Origin: an uncultured Candidatus Entotheonella sp.
GTDB taxonomy: Bacteria > Tectomicrobia > Entotheonellia > Entotheonellales > Entotheonellaceae
Direction of reading: 5' to 3'
NCBI GenBank assembly: GCA_965215335.1
Contig: CBDCDA010000001.1
Location: 1,088,001-1,152,000 of the forward strand
DNA length: 64,000 nt
In this document: positions 17,790 to 26,613 of the stretch, piece after piece
Position numbering within the stretch: position 1 is the stretch's first letter
Layout of the letters: every line of letters begins with the position of its first letter
The notes under the pieces: model-generated
Told to the model about the DNA's origin: nothing
Databases searched by the model: none
Seen by the model: only the letters and a program-made list of their open reading frames with translations
Position numbers and translations under genes: made by a program

Positions 17790-18350
17790 CTAAGGCCGGT
17801 CCTGTTGCAGGACCACTTGGTACACCGCCAGGGCGCGCCGCACGGAATCGGTCATGGCGTGGGCACTCAGGGTGGCGCCGCTGATCGGGGCGATGCCGCG
17901 CCGCACCTGCAGGTCTCGCGTCAGGGTTTTACCGGGGAACTGCGCCTGCCAGCGCTCGCTGGGCATGTATTCCTGCGGCTCGTGGAAGGCGACGATGAGC
18001 ACCGTGTCCACGGTCCCCTCCGGTGTCAATACCACAAAAAGGGCCTCGGGCTGGGTACGAACGATGTGGATGTCCAGGAAGGCGTAACCCAGGGTCTCGT
18101 CGCCCTTGCGTCCGACGTGCACCGTCAGAAGCGGGGATTCGAGTGGGCTGCGCGCCAACTCCTCGACCCGGGCGGCTTGTTCACCGGTCAGGAAGATTGC
18201 CTCGGGCTTGATGCTGTCCGCCTCCGGAAAGATGAGCTGCAGGGCCTCGTTCTTGGCGTAGAGCACCACGCCCTCCGCCGGGTGGAAGGGGCCAAGCGAC
18301 AGCCACAGGACGCCGATCAACGCGTACAAGCCCGTTACCCGCCTGAGCAT
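17790..18350 (-). CDS. Exported FMN-binding (flavinylated) domain protein
   Basis: Signal peptide; FHEPQEYMPSERWQAQFPG; ISGATLS flavinylation motif; ApbE in same operon. Confidence 0.85.
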   Translation of the reverse strand: MLRRVTGLYALIGVLWLSLGPFHPAEGVVLYAKNEALQLIFPEADSIKPEAIFLTGEQAARVEELARSPLESPLLTVHVGRKGDETLGYAFLDIHIVRTQPEALFVVLTPEGTVDTVLIVAFHEPQEYMPSERWQAQFPGKTLTRDLQVRRGIAPISGATLSAHAMTDSVRRALAVYQVVLQQDRP

Positions 18351-18371
18351 CAGCGATCCTCTAACAAAAAA

Positions 18372-18457
18372 GCAGGCCGGATGAGCCGGTCGCGTGATCC
18401 CGATCCCACCGCATCGCGCAGTGGAATATCGGATTACGCTTTACTAATCCGACCTAC
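18372..18457. repeat. REP-like inverted doublet (GTAG family)
   Basis: Minus strand gtaggtcggattagtaaagcgtaatccga paired with a degenerate inverted copy gcaggccggatgagccggtcgcgtgatcccga. Confidence 0.6.
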
Positions 18458-18468
18458 GCCAAAAGGTT

Positions 18469-19716
18469 CTAGAACACGAAGCCGACACCGATGTTGAAGT
18501 CGTCCGGCAAGTCGCCGCCCTCGGAGTCGAAGTTGCGATAATCAACCTTGAACACGACGTTCGGGTGCGGGTAAAAACTGATACCGGCGGTGACGAGGGT
18601 CCTGTTCCGCTTCTCGTTCGGCGAGTAACCTGCCGGCACGTCTTCCTGGGTGTTGAAGCGCTCGTAACGCACGAACGGCGCCAGACCCAGACGGGTATCG
18701 GCACCGGACAGAATATCATAGGCGACTTCACCGTACCAACCCCACTGGGTCTCACTGATACCCCAATCCTCCTCACGGGCTCGGCTGAGGATCGCCGTAT
18801 CGTCAATCGTGTTCCGCACGTACAGGGCACGGAGGTGCAGGCCGCGGTACTGGTACTGCCCGTGCACTTCCCACATGGTCATGTTGACGGCTGGCTCATC
18901 ATCGCCGAACATTTCACCCTGTCCGGTATCGCCCACCAACAGGGCACCTCCAACCAACAATCCATCCATCGGCGTGGCATCGACGCGGGCGACAATGGCC
19001 ATGTCCGCCAAAGCGTCGCTGCCCTTCTGCCGGCCACCGCGGACACCATTATCTGAAAAACCACTGGCCTTCAGGTTGGTGGTGGTGTAGAGACGGTACT
19101 GCAAGGCGCCGTCGGCGAATTCGCCGAATACGCCAGCGCCGTTCTCACGCCACGTACTCGGGATGATGCGCAATTCTACCTCCGGGCGCTGATTGCCGTA
19201 GTAGTACGCCGGCTCGTGGATCTCGTTGAGAAAGCCGATGGGCATCAGCACCATCCCGATGCGGAAATTGAACTCGGGGCTGTGGAGATAGTCGATGGTG
19301 GCGAACTCGAGGTAGATTTCATCGGCGTGCTCAATCTCGATCTCGGCGTTCAGCAGCAGCTTGTCGGTGAACTTGAAACCGGCGTACAGGACGAAACGCA
19401 AGTAATCCCACTCGTCCTGTCTGTCCTCCAGGACCTCCAGCCAGGTCTGGCCGTAGCCGCCGAGCGACAGGCCGCGCTCGCGCTGGTAAATTTTCGAGGC
19501 CGCCGGGCCCAGCCCGTAGGCGCTCTTGTATTCGGCTTCTTCGGGAAGCACGAACAGGCTTCTGAGCCGGTCCAGCTCGGTAGCCAGGATGCCTTGACGC
19601 TCCTCCAGGCTCTGCATGCGCTGATCCATGTCGTCCTGCGCGAAGGCAGCGGTGGCGCCGAGGCATAGAAGGGCACCCAGTGCCAAACTCAATGTACGTA
19701 CGAAATACCTGTGCAT
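18469..19716 (-). CDS. Outer-membrane porin (porin O/P-like beta-barrel with N-terminal coiled coil)
   Basis: Signal peptide AFA-Q, coiled coil, YGLGPAASKIY, EIEIEHA, NEIHEP, IIPSTWRENG, terminal GVGFVF. Confidence 0.8.
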   Translation of the reverse strand: MHRYFVRTLSLALGALLCLGATAAFAQDDMDQRMQSLEERQGILATELDRLRSLFVLPEEAEYKSAYGLGPAASKIYQRERGLSLGGYGQTWLEVLEDRQDEWDYLRFVLYAGFKFTDKLLLNAEIEIEHADEIYLEFATIDYLHSPEFNFRIGMVLMPIGFLNEIHEPAYYYGNQRPEVELRIIPSTWRENGAGVFGEFADGALQYRLYTTTNLKASGFSDNGVRGGRQKGSDALADMAIVARVDATPMDGLLVGGALLVGDTGQGEMFGDDEPAVNMTMWEVHGQYQYRGLHLRALYVRNTIDDTAILSRAREEDWGISETQWGWYGEVAYDILSGADTRLGLAPFVRYERFNTQEDVPAGYSPNEKRNRTLVTAGISFYPHPNVVFKVDYRNFDSEGGDLPDDFNIGVGFVF

Positions 19717-19744
19717 GAGGGACTCCTTAACGGGATGAACGGGA

Positions 19745-20863
19745 TCACGAACCGGCCTCGACGATTGCCGTGCCGTCGAACAGGGTCAAACGGCCGCGCA
19801 GGCCGCGGCTGGCGAGCACCAGCACTTGGCCAGCAAGCTTTTTCCCGCCCTCAGGGGAGCGGGTCACCATGAGGGCCTCGACGCCCGGCTGGCCGCGCAG
19901 CCACGCCAAGCCGTCGCGCCCCATGACCAGGGCCGCCGTCGCCAGAGCGTCGGCGCGCATGGCGGTCGGCGCCACCACCGTCATGCTGAGGGCCGTATCG
20001 GCGGGGTAGCCGCGCTGCGGATGCAGCACGTGACCGTGGCGCCGGCCGTTGTAAACGCGGTAACGCAGATAATTGCCGGAGGTGGCGACGGCGCCGCCGT
20101 CGAGCGACAGCGCCAGGAGCAGCCGGGCAGTCGCCAACGGATGCTGTATCCCGACGACCCAAGGGTCGTCGTCCGGGTGACGGCCCAGCAGGCGAAGGTC
20201 ACCACCGGCATTGACCATGCCTTGACGGACACCGTTCTGCTGGAGCGCCGTGACGGCCCGGTCAACCGCGTAACCTTTGGCAACGCCGCCGAGGTCGAGC
20301 CGCATGCCAGGCTGAGCCAGACGCACGGTGTCGTTGGCATCGTCGAGGTACACGCGCCGGTGATCAACCAGGGCGAGGGCGGCCTCGATCTGCGTTGGAC
20401 CGGGGGCTTGCTGCCGGGCGCCGTAGAAGCCCCACTGGGTCAGCAGGGGCGTGATGGTGACGTCGAGCGCACCGCGGCTCGCCCGAGCGACGCTCAGGGC
20501 TTCCCGGAGCACCGTGGCCGTACTGTCGCGGACCGGTACTTCCCGTTGCGCCGCCAGTTGATTGACTTGACCGATGTCGCTCTCCGGCCGGTACAGGCTC
20601 ATGTCGCGGTCAATCTGCTCAACCGCCGCGAAGGCCGCGTTGACGGCCTGCCGCGCTCGCCCTGGAAACGGATGAAAGGCCTGGCATTCAACCGCCGTGC
20701 CCATGATGGGCAACGACCGCAGCAGGCCAGGCGTGGCTGATCGCGGTTCTGTCGCTGCTACCGCGACTGGGAGCAGAAGCCCCGCAGTTCCCGAAACTCC
20801 GACAGCCAGGAAGCGGCGCCTGGATAGAACAGACTGCGGCAGCAGGCTGAGAGGTCTGATCAC
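19745..20863 (-). CDS. apbE: FAD:protein FMN transferase, Tat-exported
   Basis: LSRRRFL Tat motif; IMGT, LDLGGVAKGYAVD, NAGGDL, VATSGNY, HVLHP, ADALATA; GTG 20863 has RBS ggag (ORF extends to 20887). Confidence 0.92.
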   Translation of the reverse strand: MIRPLSLLPQSVLSRRRFLAVGVSGTAGLLLPVAVAATEPRSATPGLLRSLPIMGTAVECQAFHPFPGRARQAVNAAFAAVEQIDRDMSLYRPESDIGQVNQLAAQREVPVRDSTATVLREALSVARASRGALDVTITPLLTQWGFYGARQQAPGPTQIEAALALVDHRRVYLDDANDTVRLAQPGMRLDLGGVAKGYAVDRAVTALQQNGVRQGMVNAGGDLRLLGRHPDDDPWVVGIQHPLATARLLLALSLDGGAVATSGNYLRYRVYNGRRHGHVLHPQRGYPADTALSMTVVAPTAMRADALATAALVMGRDGLAWLRGQPGVEALMVTRSPEGGKKLAGQVLVLASRGLRGRLTLFDGTAIVEAGS

Positions 20864-20904
20864 GCACGGGTCTCCACTACTGGACATGATCGTATTGTCG
20901 TCGT

Positions 20905-20928
20905 ATTGAAATCGACAATCGTTTTCAA
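20905..20928. promoter_or_regulatory. Fur-type box 4 (upstream of apbE operon)
   Basis: Reverse strand ttgaaaacgattgtcgatttcaat. Confidence 0.7.
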
Positions 20929-21137
20929 GATGAGAGCATAGAATTTACGAAGCAGACAGGGGTTCGTAAACCCACTCATGAGTGGTCATTTAACGACTTC
21001 TTCACAACCAGGGCCGGAAAACGGCCCGCCTGTCCTATAATCGGGTTGTGGATTGCAAATTGGTGGATTTTGGATCAAGGGTTCAAATCCGCAATCCGGA
21101 ATTCACCCTCGAAATCGACACGCAAAGGAGAAGCACC

Positions 21138-22262
21138 ATGACCCATCGTCCGCCAGCGGAAATCGGGATGGTCCTCGAGGAGGTCGACACTCCGGCCCTG
21201 CTGATCGACCTGGATGCCTTCGAACGGAATCTGCGACACCTAGCCAGCGCCGTGGCGGCTCACCCGGTGCGGTTGCGGCCGCATGCCAAAACGCACAAGT
21301 GCGCCGTGATCGCCCGGCGCCAGATGGCGCTGGGGGCCGTCGGGGTGTGCTGCCAGAAGGTCGGCGAGGCGGAGGCGATGGTATACGGCGGCGTGCCCAA
21401 TGTTCTGGTCAGCAACGAGGTCGTCGGCGTCACGAAGCTGAAACGGCTGGCGGCGCTGGCGCAACAGGCACAGATTTACGTGTGCGCCGATGATGCCGGG
21501 AACGTGAGGGATCTCAACGAGGTGGCGACGGCCTACGAGATCGATCTGCCGGTGCTGGTCGAGATCGACGTAGGCGCCCATCGCTGCGGCGTCGAGCCAG
21601 GCGAGGCGGCGCTGGTCCTGGCACAGCAGATCGACCGGGCGCCGAGGCTACGCTTTGCCGGGCTGCAGGCTTACCACGGGCGGGCGCAGCACCTGCGGGC
21701 GTTCGAGGAGCGCCGGCAAGCCATCGGCCAGGCCGTCGAGCAAGTGCAGCACACCGCCAATCTGCTGTCGCAGCACGGCCTGGCGTGCGAGCTCGTCTCC
21801 GGCGCCGGTAGCGGCACCTATCCGTTCGAGGCCGACAGCAGCGTTTACAATGAGTTGCAGGCCGGTTCGTACATCTTCATGGACGTGGATTACGGCAAGA
21901 ATCTCGCCGCTGACGGCACGCCGTGGCGGGAGTTCGAGCACAGCCTGTTCGTCTACGCCACGGTCATGAGCCGGCCGAACCGCGACTGGGCGGTCGTTGA
22001 CGCCGGCCTCAAGGCCCTAAGCGTCGATTCCGGCCTGCCGGTGGTGGCCGACCTGCCGCAGGCCGAATACGCCGGCGCCTCGGACGAACACGGCAAGGTG
22101 CTGCTGCACGACCCCGACAGCCCGGTGCGCCTCGGCGACAAGCTGCGGCTCATCCCGGGCCATTGCGACCCGACGGTCAACCTCTACGACTGGTACGTCG
22201 GCCTGCGCAACAACCGTGTCGAAGCGCTGTGGCCCATCACGGCCCGCGGCGCCGGGCATTAA
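21138..22262 (+). CDS. DSD1-family PLP enzyme (D-threonine aldolase / 3-hydroxy-D-aspartate aldolase-like)
   Basis: VDTPALLIDLD, RPHAKTHKC, GLQAYHG, ELQAGSYIFMD, SDEHG, PGHCDPTVNL; RBS aaggag. Confidence 0.88.
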   Translation: MTHRPPAEIGMVLEEVDTPALLIDLDAFERNLRHLASAVAAHPVRLRPHAKTHKCAVIARRQMALGAVGVCCQKVGEAEAMVYGGVPNVLVSNEVVGVTKLKRLAALAQQAQIYVCADDAGNVRDLNEVATAYEIDLPVLVEIDVGAHRCGVEPGEAALVLAQQIDRAPRLRFAGLQAYHGRAQHLRAFEERRQAIGQAVEQVQHTANLLSQHGLACELVSGAGSGTYPFEADSSVYNELQAGSYIFMDVDYGKNLAADGTPWREFEHSLFVYATVMSRPNRDWAVVDAGLKALSVDSGLPVVADLPQAEYAGASDEHGKVLLHDPDSPVRLGDKLRLIPGHCDPTVNLYDWYVGLRNNRVEALWPITARGAGH

Positions 22263-22289
22263 CTCCACACGTCGGCAAGTTGACCGGTT

Positions 22290-23045
22290 TCAAGGCATGG
22301 CGGCCCGCGCCTGCTGCACCATCTCCGTCAGCACCTTGCGGACCTCGTCAGCGTTTGTCGCCTGGCGGATGAACGCCACCCGCAAGTCTTGTTCTCCATC
22401 CGTCAGGACGGCCTGCAAGTCGCACCCCAGGCGATCGACGCCGGTCATCCTGACCGACTCGGCGGCACAGCCCGCGAAATGCCGCGCCATGAACACCAGC
22501 GCCTCGGCGTGGTCGTCGTTCATGTGCTGCACGACACTCGGCGCGATGTCCACCAGCGGGTCGGCTCCGGCGGCGAGATAATCAGCCGCCGTCACCCAAC
22601 CCATGACGCCAAAGCCGCCCACGTAGTACGGCTCCGCAATCTCCATGCGATAGAAGCCGAAATCGCCGAAATCCACCCACCCGTCGGCCTGCGGATGGCG
22701 CTGCAGGTAGCCCTCGCGCACGGCCGCCAAGTCGGCGTCGGGCACCTCGGCGACGGTGCCCAGCAGGGTGAGCCGCGCGCTGCCCAGGGGATCTGCGTGG
22801 ACGCGTTCTGCGGCCACCAGCAGGCTGGCCCGCGGGTCGCGCTGCAGGTTGCGGGTGTGCATCGCCAGCGCGCTGATCAGGAAGGTCGGGCGGCCTTGGT
22901 CGTCGAGGCCGTACGGCATCACCGAGCCGAACGGCCAGTCGGGGTGGCGCTCGGACAGCGTCGACAGCATGCCGACGCGCCCCACGTGCATCAACGTACG
23001 CGCTTTCTCGGCCAGCGACAGCCTGGCACCTTCTTCTTGAGCCAT
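22290..23045 (-). CDS. HugZ-like heme utilisation protein (PNPOx split barrel + DUF2470)
   Basis: PFGSVMPY, ISALAMHTRNL, RASLLV, YYVGGFG, VQHMNDDH. Confidence 0.85.
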   Translation of the reverse strand: MAQEEGARLSLAEKARTLMHVGRVGMLSTLSERHPDWPFGSVMPYGLDDQGRPTFLISALAMHTRNLQRDPRASLLVAAERVHADPLGSARLTLLGTVAEVPDADLAAVREGYLQRHPQADGWVDFGDFGFYRMEIAEPYYVGGFGVMGWVTAADYLAAGADPLVDIAPSVVQHMNDDHAEALVFMARHFAGCAAESVRMTGVDRLGCDLQAVLTDGEQDLRVAFIRQATNADEVRKVLTEMVQQARAAMP

Positions 23046-23073
23046 TCAGCGGGCCTCCTCTGCCCGTGTCAGC

Positions 23074-24912
23074 CTACCGCCCGGCGTCCCGGCGCTCGGC
23101 CAGGCTGGCGTCGAGGTCGGGATCGATCCACCAGTACTGCACGCCGAGGTCGTATTTCGGCATGATTTCCGGGGTGCCGAACTTGTCCCAGTAAAGCACG
23201 CGGTAGGCAGCCAGGTGCCAGTGCGGGATGACGTAGTGGTTCCACAGCAGCACGCGGTCCAGCGCCCGCGTGCGGGTGATCAGGCTTTCGCGGTCCGGCG
23301 CCGAGATCACCAGTTCTATGAGATCGTCCACAACCGGGTCCTGGATGCCTGCGGTATTGCGGCTGCCCTGGATGTCTGCGGCCATGGAGTGCCAATAGTT
23401 CCGCTGCTCGTTGCCCGGCGACAGGGATTGACCCCATCCGTCGACGACTACGTCGAAGTCGAAACTGTCCATGCGTTGCTGATATTGCGCCGTGTCCACC
23501 GTTCGCACGTTCACGACGATACCCAGACGTTCCAGGTTCCTGGTGAACGGCAGCACCACGCGCTCGAAGTCGGGCGATACCAGCATGATCTCGAACTGCA
23601 TCACCAGGCCGCTCTCGCCGTGGGTCAGCGCGCCGCCCTGAATATTCCACCCGGCGTCCTTGAGCAGCCGCAGCGCGATGCGCAGATTGCCGCGCAGGTT
23701 GCCGCTGCCGTCGGTCATGGGCGGCTCGTACGCCTCGGTGAACAACTCGGGCGGCAGTTGGTCCCTGTAGGGTTCCAGGATGGCAAGCTCACCGTCGCCC
23801 GGCAGGTCGCCGGAGGCCAGCTCGGAGTTGGAGAAATAGCTCTTGGTGCGCGTGTAAGCGCCGTAAAACAGGTTCTCATTGGTCCACTCGAAATCGAAGG
23901 CGTAGGCCAGCGCGGCGCGCACTTGGCGGTCTTTGAACATCTCGCGCCGCGTGTTGAAAACGAACGCCTGCATGCCCTGCGGGTTTTCGTGCGGGATCAG
24001 GCGCTTGTTGATCACGCCGTTGCGGACCGTCGGCAGGTCATAGGCCGTGGCCCATTCCTTGGCCACGTTCTCCGAAAAGAAGTCGATCTTGCCGGCCTTG
24101 AACACCTCGCGCTGCACGCCGCGGTCCTTGTGGTATTCGTAGTGCATGATGCCGTAGTTGTCCTTGCCGCGGTTCACCGGCAGGTGCATGCCCCAATAAT
24201 CCGGGTCCCGCTCATAAGTGATCGACCGGCCCGGATCGACCGCTTTGACCCGATAAGGACCGCTGCCAAGGGGCGGTTCAAGCGTCGTGGCCTCGAAGTC
24301 TCGCTCCTGCCAGTAGTGCCTGGGCAGGATGGGCAATTCGCCGACGATGAGCGGCAACTCGCGATTGGTCGGACCGCTGAACTGGAAGCGCACGGTGCGC
24401 GGGCCGGTTTTTTCGGCGCCGGCGACGTTGGCGAAATACTGCCGGAAGACGGGGTGCCCTCTCGCCTTCAGCGTCTCCAGAGACCAGATGACGTCCTCCA
24501 CGGTCACCGGCTGGCCGTCGTGCCAGCGCGCCTGTGGGCGCAGGGTATACGCCACCCACGAGCGGTCTTGTGGCCACTCGATGGATTCCGCCAACAGGCC
24601 GTAGCGCGAGAACGCCTCGTCCGACGAACTCGTGGTGAGGGACTCGAACAGACGGCCGATGCCCGCCGCCGTCTGTCCCTTCAAGATGAAGGGGCGCAGG
24701 CTGTCGAAGCTCCCAAAGGCGCTGAAGACGACCCTGCCGCCCTTCGGGGCATCGGGATTGGTGTATTCGAAATGCGTAAAGTCCGCGCCGTACTTCGGCG
24801 TCCCGTGCATGGCGATGGCGTGCGCCCGATACACCTCGCCGCCGTCCTGCGCGGCGCTGATTCCCGGCAGCACGAGCGCCGCCATGACAAGACACCATCC
24901 GAATCGTTTCAT
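23074..24912 (-). CDS. yejA: Peptide ABC transporter substrate-binding protein (YejA family)
   Basis: HAIAMHGTPKY, HFEYTNPDAPKGG, ARWHDGQPVTVEDV, PPLGSGPY, RALDRVLLW; RBS before ATG 24912. Confidence 0.9.
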   Translation of the reverse strand: MKRFGWCLVMAALVLPGISAAQDGGEVYRAHAIAMHGTPKYGADFTHFEYTNPDAPKGGRVVFSAFGSFDSLRPFILKGQTAAGIGRLFESLTTSSSDEAFSRYGLLAESIEWPQDRSWVAYTLRPQARWHDGQPVTVEDVIWSLETLKARGHPVFRQYFANVAGAEKTGPRTVRFQFSGPTNRELPLIVGELPILPRHYWQERDFEATTLEPPLGSGPYRVKAVDPGRSITYERDPDYWGMHLPVNRGKDNYGIMHYEYHKDRGVQREVFKAGKIDFFSENVAKEWATAYDLPTVRNGVINKRLIPHENPQGMQAFVFNTRREMFKDRQVRAALAYAFDFEWTNENLFYGAYTRTKSYFSNSELASGDLPGDGELAILEPYRDQLPPELFTEAYEPPMTDGSGNLRGNLRIALRLLKDAGWNIQGGALTHGESGLVMQFEIMLVSPDFERVVLPFTRNLERLGIVVNVRTVDTAQYQQRMDSFDFDVVVDGWGQSLSPGNEQRNYWHSMAADIQGSRNTAGIQDPVVDDLIELVISAPDRESLITRTRALDRVLLWNHYVIPHWHLAAYRVLYWDKFGTPEIMPKYDLGVQYWWIDPDLDASLAERRDAGR

Positions 24913-25009
24913 GCGTCCTCCCTTCATCTGCGTGTTCATCCCGGGCTGATTGGGGTCAACTCAAAATCGAATCAAGTGTGTTCTCCATTCAAGGCGACGT
25001 GTTCAGACG

Positions 25010-26590
25010 TCACCCGAGCAAGTCGCCTTGCCGCTCACGATTTGTCGGCACGACTTTCGGTAACGATCCGGCGATCACCCCCGCCGGCACGTTGCCGAGT
25101 TCCTTCGGCTCCAGCTTGTGCAAACCGCCTCCGTACACCCGCCCCCCTGTGAGCATTGCCTTTGGGCTGATGGCGTTCAGAAACTCCCAAAGCCGCCGCT
25201 TCAAGGCCGGGTCATCCTCAAGCACGCGCGCGAGCGATTCTTTCGGATACAGCATCAGGTACACGTTCGCAGCTGTTGCCCGGGAATGGTTCAGTATGAA
25301 GCGGAACGGTCGCCCGCTCTTCGTGTCGCTGCGGCCGAGATAGGTGCATACGAACGGGGCCGGCGGCCGGTCTTCCTGCGCATACCAGGGTGTCCGGTGG
25401 CGACAGAGATAGCGCGCGGCAATACCCTGTGCCTTGCCTTCTTCGAGATACGCCCACAGGGTCGGATACTTCCCTCTGATCTGTTCTTCTTTCAAATGAC
25501 AATCGAGCAGGAACAGGCGCCGGTCCAGCGTGGGGTTTCCCTCCCTGTCCGCCGCAACTTCATCTTCCGGCAAATAACGCGGACTCGGCAAAACCGGCCG
25601 GAACGCCTCCAATGGCAACCCACGCCGCCGGATTTCCTCTGCCGACAGAATAAAGTAGCTGTTGTCCCCCGTCGCCAAGCCGCGCTTGATCGTGAAGAAA
25701 TCGCCCAGCACCGGGGTATCCGTCTCCTGGTATCCCTCTTTCACGGGGTAACGGGTCCATTTCGGGTCGCGGCACAAGGTTTCCACGGGCACCAGACGCT
25801 CCAATTTTGGCCGTTCCAACGAACCGCCATAGGTAAAGCGCACCGCATGCCCTGCCGGCGGTGCTTCCTTGCGGAGCCATACCAGGGCGGACGACACCAG
25901 CGCGTCGGCAAATTGTACGTCGTTCGGATCAAAGCGATGAATATGCAGTAACGTCACCTTGTCGAGCAGATAACGCTTGACCGAAGCGCCATAGTTGACG
26001 TCCATGAATTCGCTCGGTATCAGCCAGCCGGCCAGACCTCCTGCTGCCATCCATACATGGATCAGGCCAAGGAAATAGCAATACAACCCGGCCAGTCCGT
26101 TTATTTTCACGCCGCACGACGTATACGCGCGCATTTTCAGGCGCTGTTTTTCCTCATTCACAATATGGTGATGCCGCACGTAGGGGGGATTACAGATCAG
26201 CAGGTTGAACTTCTCAGACTCCGACGGCGACTCCGCTTGCGTGAAGTCCTGCAAGCGCATATCCAGGGCGGCCTCCCGCCACAGGTTGGTCGCCGGCGCT
26301 CCATAGTACGGATCGATCTCGTAGCCTGCGGCGACATCGACGCGGTCCTTCGGAAAGACGTCGAGCAGGGCCGAATAAAACGATCCGGTTCCAATGGCCG
26401 GGTCAATGAAGCGAATCTTCTCACATTCCCCGAGTTGTGCCGCTGCATGACGAAGAATGTCGGCGGCCAGTCCCGTCGGTGTCGCGAACTGCCCCATGCG
26501 GTTCCGTTCCGCCTGCGTTTTCCCCGCGTCCAGCGCCTCTTGCAGGGTCACGCGGCGTTTTTCGAGCTCGATTGTTGCTTTTTCGGTCAT
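25010..26590 (-). CDS. N6-adenine DNA methyltransferase (gamma class, TaqI/Eco57I-like; resembles XamI-family partner MTases), orphan
   Basis: GQFATP, FIDPAIGTGSF (motif I), CNPPYVRHH (motif IV), GRVYGGGLHKLEPKEL; looks lower in GC than its neighbours. Confidence 0.9.
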   Translation of the reverse strand: MTEKATIELEKRRVTLQEALDAGKTQAERNRMGQFATPTGLAADILRHAAAQLGECEKIRFIDPAIGTGSFYSALLDVFPKDRVDVAAGYEIDPYYGAPATNLWREAALDMRLQDFTQAESPSESEKFNLLICNPPYVRHHHIVNEEKQRLKMRAYTSCGVKINGLAGLYCYFLGLIHVWMAAGGLAGWLIPSEFMDVNYGASVKRYLLDKVTLLHIHRFDPNDVQFADALVSSALVWLRKEAPPAGHAVRFTYGGSLERPKLERLVPVETLCRDPKWTRYPVKEGYQETDTPVLGDFFTIKRGLATGDNSYFILSAEEIRRRGLPLEAFRPVLPSPRYLPEDEVAADREGNPTLDRRLFLLDCHLKEEQIRGKYPTLWAYLEEGKAQGIAARYLCRHRTPWYAQEDRPPAPFVCTYLGRSDTKSGRPFRFILNHSRATAANVYLMLYPKESLARVLEDDPALKRRLWEFLNAISPKAMLTGGRVYGGGLHKLEPKELGNVPAGVIAGSLPKVVPTNRERQGDLLG

Positions 26591-26613
26591 CCAAAGCCCA
26601 AACTCCCTCCTTA

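Noticed and set aside
20944..20985. Inverted repeat tttacgaa..ttcgtaaa and palindrome ccactcatgagtgg (similar ccacttgagtgg near 34932)
   Set aside because: Could be operators, but are short, differently spaced and have too few copies to support a call
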